Shown here one piece after another: positions 1-11,000 of a stretch of 64,000 bases of DNA (positions are counted from its first letter, which is position 1; every line of letters begins with the position of its first letter). The position numbers and the translations under genes are program-made. Source of the DNA: Auanema rhodensis. Its lineage: Eukaryota; Animalia; Nematoda. The stretch spans positions 3,348,001-3,412,000 of the forward strand of contig OZ059898.1 in assembly GCA_964057225.1 (NCBI GenBank). The letters run 5' to 3'. The notes under the pieces are model-generated. The model did not search any database. It worked only from the letters and a program-made list of their open reading frames with translations, and was not told the origin of the DNA.

Positions 1-24
1 TGTAGTATAGTGCATTCGATGCGG

Positions 25-75
25 ATTTTTAAGCTGCGTCGATCTGTGTTATCAGATTTGCGCTAGCTTAAAAAT
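25..75. other. ~51-bp imperfect inverted repeat (hairpin/cruciform-capable), present in each monomer
   Basis: atttttaagct (25-35) is the exact reverse complement of agcttaaaaat (65-75). Pairing continues inward via gcg(36-38)/cgc(61-63) and atctg(42-46)/cagat(53-57) around a 6-nt loop. Confidence 0.9.
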
Positions 76-92
76 GCACCGAGATATCAACT

Positions 93-114
93 GATATAAG
101 TTCACACTTATATC
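93..114. other. 9-bp perfect inverted repeat, dyad axis 1 of the monomer (centre 103.5)
   Basis: gatataagt(93-101)-tcac-acttatatc(106-114). A common T97C variant (gatacaag) introduces one mismatch. Confidence 0.92.
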
Positions 115-225
115 CTCGATTTTCACCCTAAAGAATTAATTTTTTCGTTGAATAACATTGTCTATCGTCTTTGCCTTGAAAAATGGAATCTAAAAACATC
201 TACTTTTTGCTAAATTCTTTTGAAA

Positions 226-237
226 TTTTTCGAAAAA
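226..237. other. 12-bp palindrome tttttcgaaaaa inside an A/T-tract-rich segment
   Basis: Read directly. It is flanked by further inverted matches: ttttga(218-223)/tcaaaa(245-250) and tctaaaaacat(189-199)/atgtttttgga(250-260, one mismatch). Confidence 0.85.
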
Positions 238-615
238 ATTTTTGTCAAAATGTTTTTGGAAGCAATATTGAGTGTACATGGAAACTCAACATACACTAAT
301 GCATCATTTTTCAAACGATCATAACTAATTTTTGTATCAAGCGTTTCTCAATGTAGTATAGTGCATTCGATGCGGATTTTTAAGCTGCGTCGATCTGTGT
401 TATCAGATTTGCGCTAGCTTAAAAATGCACCGAGATATCAACTGATATAAGTTCACACTTATATCCTCGATTTTCACCCTGAAGAATTAATTTTCTCGTT
501 GAATAACATTGTCCATCGTCTTTGCCTTGAAAAAAGGAATCTAAAAACATCTACTTTTTGCTAAATTATTTTGAAATTTTCCGAAAAAATTTTTGTCAAA
601 ATGTTTTTGGAAGCA

Positions 616-643
616 ATGTTGAGTGTACATGGAAACTCAACAT
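616..643. other. 9-bp perfect inverted repeat, dyad axis 2 of the monomer (monomer 265-292, centre 278.5; shown in M2)
   Basis: atgttgagt-gtacatggaa-actcaacat. It is nearly invariant across the array; the arm exceptions I saw are M1 (position 267) and M33/M44 (position 291). Confidence 0.92.
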
Positions 644-3600
644 ACACTAATGCATCATTTTTCAAACGATCATAACTAATTTTTGTATTAAGCGTTTTTC
701 AATGTAGTATAGTGCATTCGATGCGGATTTTTAAGCTGCGTCGATCTGTGTTATCAGATTTGCGCTAGCTTAAAAATGCACCGAGATATCAACTGATATA
801 AGTTCACACTTATATCCTCGATTTTCACCCTGAAGAATTAATTTTCTCGTTGAATAACATTGTCCATCGTCTTTGCCTTGAAAAAAGGAATCTAAAAACA
901 TCTACTTTTTGCTAAATTATTTTGAAATTTTTCGAAAAAAGTTTTGTCAAAATGTTTTTGGAAGCAATGTTGAGTGTACATGGAAACTCAACATACACTA
1001 ATGCATCATTTTTCAAACGATCATAACTAATTTTTGTATTAAGCTTTTCTCAATGTAGTATAGTGCATTCGATGCGGATTTTCAAGCTGCGTCGATCTGT
1101 GTTATCAGATTTGCGCTAGCTTAAAAATGCACCGAGATATCAACTGATATAAGTTCACACTTATATCTTCGATTTTCACCCTGAAGAAATAATTTTTTCG
1201 TTGAATAACATTGTCCATCGTCTTTGCTTTGAAAAAAGGATTCTAAAAACATCTACTTTTTGCTAAATTATTTTGAAATTTTTCGAAAAAAGTTTTGTCA
1301 AAATGTTTTTGGAAGCAATGTTGAGTGTACATGGAAACTCAACATACACTAATGCATCATTTTTCAAACGATCATAACTAATTTTTGTATTAAGCTTTTC
1401 TCAATGTAGTATAGTGCATTCGATGCGGATTTTCAAGCTGCGTCGATCTGTGTTATCAGATTTGCGCTAGCTTAAAAATGCACCGAGATATCAACTGATA
1501 TAAGTTCACACTTATATCTTCGATTTTCACCCTGAAGAAATAATTTTTTCGTTGAATAACATTGTCCATCGTCTTTGCTTTGAAAAAAGGATTCTAAAAA
1601 CATCTACTTTTTGCTAAATTATTTTGAAATTTTTCGAAAAAAGTTTTGTCAAAATGTTTTTGGAAGCAATGTTGAGTGTACATGGAAACTCAACATACAC
1701 TAATGCATCATTTTTCAAACGATCATAACTAATTTTTGTATTAAGCTTTTCTCAATGTAGTATAGTGCATTCGATGCGGATTTTCAAGCTGCGTCGATCT
1801 GTGTTATCAGATTTGCGCTAGCTTAAAAATGCACCGAGATATCAACTGATACAAGTTCACACTTATATCCTCGATTTTCACCCTGAAGAATTAATTTTTT
1901 CGTTGAATAACATTGTCCATCGTCTTTGCCTTGAAAAAAGGAATCTAAAAACATCTACTTTTTGCTAAATTATTTTGAAATTTTCCGAAAAAATTTTTGT
2001 CAAAATGTTTTTGGAAGCAATGTTGAGTGTACATGGAAACTCAACATACACTAATGCATCATTTTTCAAACGATCATAACTAATTTTTGTATTAAGCTTT
2101 TCTCAATGTAGTATAGTGCATTCGATGCGGATTTTTAAGCTGCGTCGATCTGTGTTATCAGATTTGCGCTAGCTTAAAAATGCACCGAGATATCAACTGA
2201 TATAAGTTCACACTTATATCCTCGATTTTCACCCTGAAGAATTAACTTTTTCGTTGAATAACATTGTCTATCGTCTTTGCCTTGAAAAATGGAATCTAAA
2301 AACATCTACTTTTTGGTAAACTATTTTGAAATTTTTCGAAAAAATTTTTGTCAAAATGTTTTTGGAAGCAATGTTGAGTGTACATGGAAACTCAACATAC
2401 ACTAATGCATCATTTTTCAAACGATCATAACTTATTTTTGTATCAAGCGTTTCTCAATGTAGTATAGTGCATTCGATCCGGATTTTTAAGCTGCGTCGAT
2501 CTGTGTTATCAGATTTGCGCTAGCTTAAAAATGCACCGAGATATCAACTGATATAAGTTCACACTTATATCCTCGATTTTCACCCTGAAGAATTAATTTT
2601 TTCGTTGAATAACATTGTCCATCGTCTTTGCCTTGAAAAAAGGAATCTAAAAACATCTACTTTTTGCTAAATTATTTTGAAATTTTCCGAAAAAATTTTT
2701 GTCAAAATGTTTTTGGAAGCAATGTTGAGTGTACATGGAAACTCAACATACACTAATGCATCATTTTTCAAACGATCATAACTAATTTTTGTATCAAGCG
2801 TTTTTCAATGTAGTATAGTGCATTCGATGCGGATTTTTAAGCTGCGTCGATCTGTGTTATCAGATTTGCGCTAGCTTAAAAATGCACCGAGATATCAACT
2901 GATACAAGTTCACACTTATATCCTCGATTTTCACCCTGAAGAAATAATTTTTTCGTTGAATAACATTGTCCATCGTCTTTGCCTTGAAAAAAGGATTTTA
3001 AAAACATCTACTTTTTGCTAAATTATTTTGAAATTTTTCGAAAAAATTTTTGTCAAAATGTTTTTGGAAGCAATGTTGAGTGTACATGGAAACTCAACAT
3101 ACACTAATGCATCATTTTTCAAACGATCATAACTAATTTTTGTATCAAGCGTTTCTTAATGTAGTATAGTGCATTCGATCCGGATTTTTAAGCTGCGTCG
3201 ATCTGTGTTATCAGATTTGCGCTAGCTTAAAAATGCACCGAGATATCAACTGATATAAGTTCACACTTATATCCTCGATTTTCACCCTGAAGAAATAATT
3301 TTTTCGTTAAATAACATCGTCCATCGTCTTTGCCTTGAAAAAAGAAATCTAAAAACATCTACTTTTTGCTAAATTATTTTGAAATTTTTCGAAAAAATTT
3401 TTGTCAAAATGTTTTTGGAAGCAATGTTGAGTGTACATGGAAACTCAACATACACTAATGCATCATTTTTCAAACGATCATAACTAATTTTTGTATTAAG
3501 CGTTTTTCAATGTAGTATAGTGCATTCGATGCGGATTTTTAAGCTGCGTCGATCTGTGTTATCAGATTTGCGCTAGCTTAAAAATGCACCGAGATATCAA

Positions 3601-6600
3601 CTGATATAAGTTCACACTTATATCCTCGATTTTCACCCTGAAGAATTAATTTTTTCGTTGAATAACATTGTCTATCGTCTTTGCCTTGAGAAAAGGAATC
3701 TAAAAACATCTACTTTTTGCTAAATTATTTTGAAATTTTTCGAAAAAATTTTTGTCAAAATGTTTTTGGAAGCAATGTTGAGTGTACATGGAAACTCAAC
3801 ATACACTAATGCATCATTTTTCAAACGATCATAACTAATTTTTGTATCACGCGTTTTTCAATGTAGTATAGTGCATTCGATGCGGATTTTTAAGCTGCGT
3901 CGATCTGTGTTATCAGATTTGCGCTAGCTTAAAAATGCACCGAGATATCAACTGATATAAGTTCACACTTATATCCTCGATTTTCACCCTGAAGAATTAA
4001 CTTTTTCGTTGAATAACATTGTCTATCGTCTTTGCCTTGAAAAATGGAATCTAAAAACATCTACTTTTTGGTAAACTATTTTGAAATTTTTCGAAAAAAT
4101 TTTTGTCAAAATGTTTTTGGAAGCAATGTTGAGTGTACATGGAAACTCAACATACACTAATGCATCATTTTTCAAACGATCATAACTAATTTTTGTATCA
4201 CGCGTTTTTCAATGTAGTATAGTGCATTCGATGCGGATTTTTAAGCTGCGTCGATCTGTGTTATCAGATTTGCGCTAGCTTAAAAATGCACCGAGATATC
4301 AACTGATATAAGTTCACACTTATATCCTCGATTTTCACCCTGAAGAATTAACTTTTTCGTTGAATAACATTGTCTATCGTCTTTGCCTTGAAAAATGGAA
4401 TCTAAAAACATCTACTTTTTGGTAAACTATTTTGAAATTTTTCGAAAAAATTTTTGTCAAAATGTTTTTGGAAGCAATGTTGAGTGTACATGGAAACTCA
4501 ACATACACTAATGCATCATTTTTCAAACGATCATAACTAATTTTTGTATCACGCGTTTTTCAATGTAGTATAGTGCATTCGATGCGGATTTTTAAGCTGC
4601 GTCGATCTGTGTTATCAGATTTGCGCTAGCTTAAAAATGCACCGAGATATCAACTGATATAAGTTCACACTTATATCCTCGATTTTCACCCTGAAGAATT
4701 AACTTTTTCGTTGAATAACATTGTCTATCGTCTTTGCCTTGAAAAATGGAATCTAAAAACATCTACTTTTTGGTAAACTATTTTGAAATTTTTCGAAAAA
4801 ATTTTTGTCAAAATGTTTTTGGAAGCAATGTTGAGTGTACATGGAAACTCAACATACACTAATGCATCATTTTTCAAACGATCATAACTAATTTTTGTAT
4901 CAAGCGTTTCTCAATGTATTATAGTGCATTCGATCCGGATTTTTAAGCTGCGTCGATCTGTGTTATCAGATTTGCGCTAGCTTAAAAATGCACCGAGATA
5001 TCAACTGATATAAGTTCACACTTATATCCTCGATTTTCACCCTGAAGAATTAATTTTTTCGTTGAATAACATTGTCTATCGTCTTTGCCTTGAGAAAAGG
5101 AATCTAAAAACATCTACTTTTTGCTAAATTATTTTGAAATTTTTCGAAAAAATTTTTGTCAAAATGTTTTTGGAAGCAATGTTGAGTGTACATGGAAACT
5201 CAACATACACTAATGCATCATTTTTCAAACGATCATAACTAATTTTTGTATCACGCGTTTTTCAATGTAGTATAGTGCATTCGATGCGGATTTTTAAGCT
5301 GCGTCGATCTGTGTTATCAGATTTGCGCTAGCTTAAAAATGCACCGAGATATCAACTGATATAAGTTCACACTTATATCCTCGATTTTCACCCTGAAGAA
5401 TTAACTTTTTCGTTGAATAACATTGTCTATCGTCTTTGCCTTGAAAAATGGAATCTAAAAACATCTACTTTTTGGTAAACTATTTTGAAATTTTTCGAAA
5501 AAATTTTTGTCAAAATGTTTTTGGAAGCAATGTTGAGTGTACATGGAAACTCAACATACACTAATGCATCATTTTTCAAACGATCATAACTAATTTTTGT
5601 ATCACGCGTTTTTCAATGTAGTATAGTGCATTCGATGCGGATTTTTAAGCTGCGTCGATCTGTGTTATCAGATTTGCGCTAGCTTAAAAATGCACCGAGA
5701 TATCAACTGATATAAGTTCACACTTATATCCTCGATTTTCACCCTGAAGAATTAACTTTTTCGTTGAATAACATTGTCTATCGTCTTTGCCTTGAAAAAT
5801 GGAATCTAAAAACATCTACTTTTTGGTAAACTATTTTGAAATTTTTCGAAAAAATTTTTGTCAAAATGTTTTTGGAAGCAATGTTGAGTGTACATGGAAA
5901 CTCAACATACACTAATGCATCATTTTTCAAACGATCATAACTAATTTTTGTATCAAGCGTTTCTCAATGTATTATAGTGCATTCGATCCGGATTTTTAAG
6001 CTGCGTCGATCTGTGTTATCAGATTTGCGCTAGCTTAAAAATGCACCGAGATATCAACTGATATAAGTTCACACTTATATCCTCGATTTTCACCCTGAAG
6101 AATTAATTTTTTCGTTGAATAACATTGTCCATCGTCTTTGCCTTGAAAAAAGGAATCTAAAAACATCTACTTTTTGCTAAATTATTTTGAAATTTTCCGA
6201 AAAAATTTTTGTCAAAATGTTTTTGGAAGCAATGTTGAGTGTACATGGAAACTCAACATACACTAATGCATCATTTTTCAAACGATCATAACTAATTTTT
6301 GTATCACGCGTTTTTCAATGTAGTATAGTGCAATCGATGCGGATTTTTAAGCTGCGTCGATCTGTGTTATCAGATTTGCGCTAGCTTAAAAATGCACCGA
6401 GATATCAACTGATATAAGTTCACACTTATATCCTCGATTTTCACCCTGAAGAATTAACTTTTTCGTTGAATAACATTGTCTATCGTCTTTGCCTTGAAAA
6501 ATCGAATCTAAAAACATCTACTTTTCGCTAAATTATTTTGAAATTTTTCGAAAAAATTTTTGTCAAAATGTTTTTGGAAGCAATGTTGAGTGTACATGGA

Positions 6601-8059
6601 AACTCAACATACACTAATGCATCATTTTTCAAACGATCATAACTAATTTTTGTATCAAGCGTTTCTCAATGTATTATAGTGCATTCGATCCGGATTTTTA
6701 AGCTGCGTCGATCTGTGTTATCAGATTTGCGCTAGCTTAAAAATGCACCGAGATATCAACTGATACAAGTTCACACTTATATCCTCGATTTTCACCCTGA
6801 AGAAATAATTTTTTCGTTGAATAACATTGTCCATCGTCTTTGCCTTGAAAAAAGGACTTTAAAAACATCTACTTTTTGCTAAATTATTTTGAAATTTTCC
6901 GAAAAAATTTTTGTCAAAATGTTTTTGGAAGCAATGTTGAGTGTACATGGAAACTCAACATACACTAATGCATCATTTTTCAAACGATCATAACTAATTT
7001 TTGTATTAAGCGTTTTTCAATGTAGTATAGTGCAATCGATGCGGATTTTTAAACTGCGTCGATCTGTGTTATCAGATTTGCGCTAGCTTAAAAATGCACC
7101 GAGATATCAAATGATATAAGTTCACACTTATATCCTCGATTTTCATCCTGAAGAATTAATTTTTTCGTTGAATAACGTTGTCCATCGTCTTTGCCTTGGA
7201 AAATCGAATCTAAAAACATCTACTTTTCGCTAAATTATTTTGAAATTTTTCGAAAAAATTTTTGTCAAAATGTTTTTGGAAGCAATGTTGAGTGTACATG
7301 GAAACTCAACATACACTAATGCATCATTTTTCAAACGATCATAACTAATTTTTGTATCACGCGTTTTTCAATGTAGTATAGTGCATTCGATGCGGATTTT
7401 TAAGCTGCGTCGATCTGTGTTATCAGATTTGCGCTAGCTTAAAAATGCACCGAGATATCAACTGATACAAGTTCACACTTATATCCTCGATTTTCACCCT
7501 GAAGAAATAATTTTTTCGTTGAATAACATTGTCCATCGTCTTTGCCTTGAAAAATCAAATCTAAAAACATCTACTTTTTGCTAAATTATTTTGAAATTTT
7601 TCGAAAAAATTTTTGTCAAAATGTTTTTGGAAGCAATGTTGAGTGTACATGGAAACTCAACATACACTAATGCATCATTTTTCAAACGATCATAACTAAT
7701 TTTTGTATCAAGCGTTTTTCAATGTAGTATAGTGCATTCGATGCGGATTTTTAAGCTGCGTCGATCTGTGTTATCAGATTTGCGCTAGCTTAAAAATGCA
7801 CCGAGATATCAACTGATACAAGTTCACACTTATATCCTCGATTTTCACCCTGAAGAAATAATTTTTTCGTTGAATAACATTGTCCATCGTCTTTGCCTTG
7901 AAAAAAGGATTTTAAAAACATCTACTTTTTGCTAAATTATTCTGAAATTTTCCGAAAAAATTTTTGTCAAAATGTTTTTGGAAGCAATGTTGAGTGTACA
8001 TGGAAACTCAACATACACTAATGCATCATTTTTCAAACGATCATAACTAATTTTTGTAT

Positions 8060-11000
8060 TAAGCGTTTTTTAATGTAGTATAGTGCATTCGATCCGGATT
8101 TTTAAGCTGCGTCGATCTGTGTTATCAGATTTGCGCTAGCTTAAAAATGCACCGAGATATCAACTGATATAAGTTCACACTTATATCCTCGATTTTCACC
8201 CTGAAGAAATAATTTTTTCGTTGAATAACATTGTCCATCGTCTTTGCCTTGAAAAATCAAATCTAAAAACATCTACTTTTCGCTAAATTATTTTGAAATT
8301 TTTCGAAAAAATTTTTGTCAAAATGTTTTTGGAAGCAATGTTGAGTGTACATGGAAACTCAACATACACTAATGCATCATTTTTCAAACGATCATAACTA
8401 ATTTTTGTATCAAGCGTTTTTCAATGTAGTAGAGTGCATTCGATGCGGATTTTTAAGCTGCGTCGATCTGTGTTATCAGATTTGCGCTAGCTTAAAAATG
8501 CACCGAGATATCAACTGATATAAGTTCACACTTATATCCTCGATTTTCACCCTGAAGAATTAACTTTTTCGTTGAATAACATTGTCTATCGTCTTTGCCT
8601 TGAAAAATGGAATCTAAAAACATCTACTTTTTGGTAAACTATTTTGAAATTTTTCGAAAAAATTTTTGTCAAAATGTTTTTGGAAGCAATGTTGAGTGTA
8701 CATGGAAACTCAACATACACTAATGCATCATTTTTCAAACGATCATAACTAATTTTTGTATCAAGCGTTTCTCAATGTATTATAGTGCATTCGATCCGGA
8801 TTTTTAAGCTGCGTCGATCTGTGTTATCAGATTTGCGCTAGCTTAAAAATGCACCGAGATATCAACTGATATAAGTTCACACTTATATCCTCGATTTTCA
8901 CCCTGAAGAATTAATTTTTTCGTTGAATAACATTGTCCATCGTCTTTGCCTTGAAAAAAGGAATCTAAAAACATCTACTTTTTGCTAAATTATTTTGAAA
9001 TTTTCCGAAAAAATTTTTGTCAAAATGTTTTTGGAAGCAATGTTGAGTGTACATGGAAACTCAACATACACTAATGCATCATTTTTCAAACGATCATAAC
9101 TAATTTTTGTATTAAGCGTTTTTCAATGTAGTATAGTGCATTCGATCCGGATTTTTAAGCTGCGTCGATCTGTGTTATCAGATTTGCGCTAGCTTAAAAA
9201 TGCACCGAGATATCAACTGATATAAGTTCACACTTATATCCTCGATTTTCACCCTGAAGAAATAATTTTTTCGTTGAATAACATTGTCCATCGTCTTTGC
9301 CTTGAAAAATCAAATCTAAAAACATCTACTTTTCGCTAAATTATTTTGAAATTTTTCGAAAAAATTTTTGTCAAAATGTTTTTGGAAGCAATGTTGAGTG
9401 TACATGGAAACTCAACATACACTAATGCATCATTTTTCAAACGATCATAACTAATTTTTGTATCAAGCGTTTTTCAATGTAGTAGAGTGCATTCGATGCG
9501 GATTTTTAAGCTGCGTCGATCTGTGTTATCAGATTTGCGCTAGCTTAAAAATGCACCGAGATATCAACTGATATAAGTTCACACTTATATCCTCGATTTT
9601 CACCCTGAAGAATTAACTTTTTCGTTGAATAACATTGTCTATCGTCTTTGCCTTGAAAAATGGAATCTAAAAACATCTACTTTTTGGTAAACTATTTTGA
9701 AATTTTTCGAAAAAATTTTTGTCAAAATGTTTTTGGAAGCAATGTTGAGTGTACATGGAAACTCAACATACACTAATGCATCATTTTTCAAACGATCATA
9801 ACTAATTTTTGTATCAAGCGTTTCTCAATGTATTATAGTGCATTCGATCCGGATTTTTAAGCTGCGTCGATCTGTGTTATCAGATTTGCGCTAGCTTAAA
9901 AATGCACCGAGATATCAACTGATATAAGTTCACACTTATATCCTCGATTTTCACCCTGAAGAATTAATTTTTTCGTTGAATAACATTGTCCATCGTCTTT
10001 GCCTTGAAAAAAGGAATCTAAAAACATCTACTTTTTGCTAAATTATTTTGAAATTTTCCGAAAAAATTTTTGTCAAAATGTTTTTGGAAGCAATGTTGAG
10101 TGTACATGGAAACTCAACATACACTAATGCATCATTTTTCAAACGATCATAACTAATTTTTGTATCACGCGTTTTTCAATGTAGTATAGTGCATTCGATG
10201 CGGATTTTTAAGCGGCGTCGATCTGTGTTATCAGATTTGCGCTAGCTTAAAAATGCACCGAGATATCAACTGATATAAGTTCACACTTATATCCTCGATT
10301 TTCACCCTGAAGAATTAACTTTTTCGTTGAATAACATTGTCTATCGTCTTTGCCTTAAAAAATGGAATCTAAAAACATCTACTTTTTGGTAAACTATTTT
10401 GAAATTTTTCGAAAAAATTTTTGTCAAAATGTTTTTGGAAGCAATGTTGAGTGTACATGGAAACTCAACATACACTAATGCATCATTTTTCAAACGATCA
10501 TAACTAATTTTTGTATCAAGCGTTTCTCAATGTATTATAGTGCATTCGATCCGGATTTTTAAGCTGCGTCGATCTGTGTTATCAGATTTGCGCTAGCTTA
10601 AAAATGCACCGAGATATCAACTGATATAAGTTCACACTTATATCCTCGATTTTCACCCTGAAGAATTAATTTTTTCGTTGAATAACATTGTCCATCGTCT
10701 TTGCCTTGAAAAAAGGAATCTAAAAACATCTACTTTTTGCTAAATTATTTTGAAATTTTCCGAAAAAATTTTTGTCAAAATGTTTTTGGAAGCAATGTTG
10801 AGTGTACATGGAAACTCAACATACACTAATGCATCATTTTTCAAACGATCATAACTAATTTTTGTATTAAGCGTTTTTCAATGTAGTATAGTGCAATCGA
10901 TGCGGATTTTTAAACTGCGTCGATCTGTGTTATCAGATTTGCGCTAGCTTAAAAATGCACCGAGATATCAAATGATATAAGTTCACACTTATATCCTCGA

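Noticed and set aside
3-30. tRNA/Pol III-like motifs: tagtatagtgc (A-box-like), attcgat(c/g)c (B-box-like), then T5
   Set aside because: The two motifs abut instead of lying about 30-60 bp apart, the conserved G residues are missing, and no cloverleaf can be formed.
128-134. CTGAAGA matches the hammerhead ribozyme core CUGANGA (hammerheads are known in some animal satellites)
   Set aside because: With each downstream GAAA (178, 222, 232, 281) I could not build stems I, II and III together with a UH cleavage site. The minus strand gives only CUGAUAA. An Infernal or RNAMotif search would settle it.
143-159. CENP-B-box-like TTCGTTGAA
   Set aside because: It matches only the TTCG....A half of NTTCGNNNNANNCGGGN; the essential CGGG is ACAT here.
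1-351. Assignment to a named satellite of similar length (Drosophila 1.688 family, tenebrionid ~350-360-bp satellites)
   Set aside because: Only the length and AT-richness are similar. I do not recognise the sequence, and a BLAST, Dfam or Repbase search is required.
1-351. Tandem MITE/Helitron unit
   Set aside because: No terminal inverted repeats with target-site duplication or element ends can be defined without flanking sequence. A transposon origin of the subunit is possible but unsupported here.
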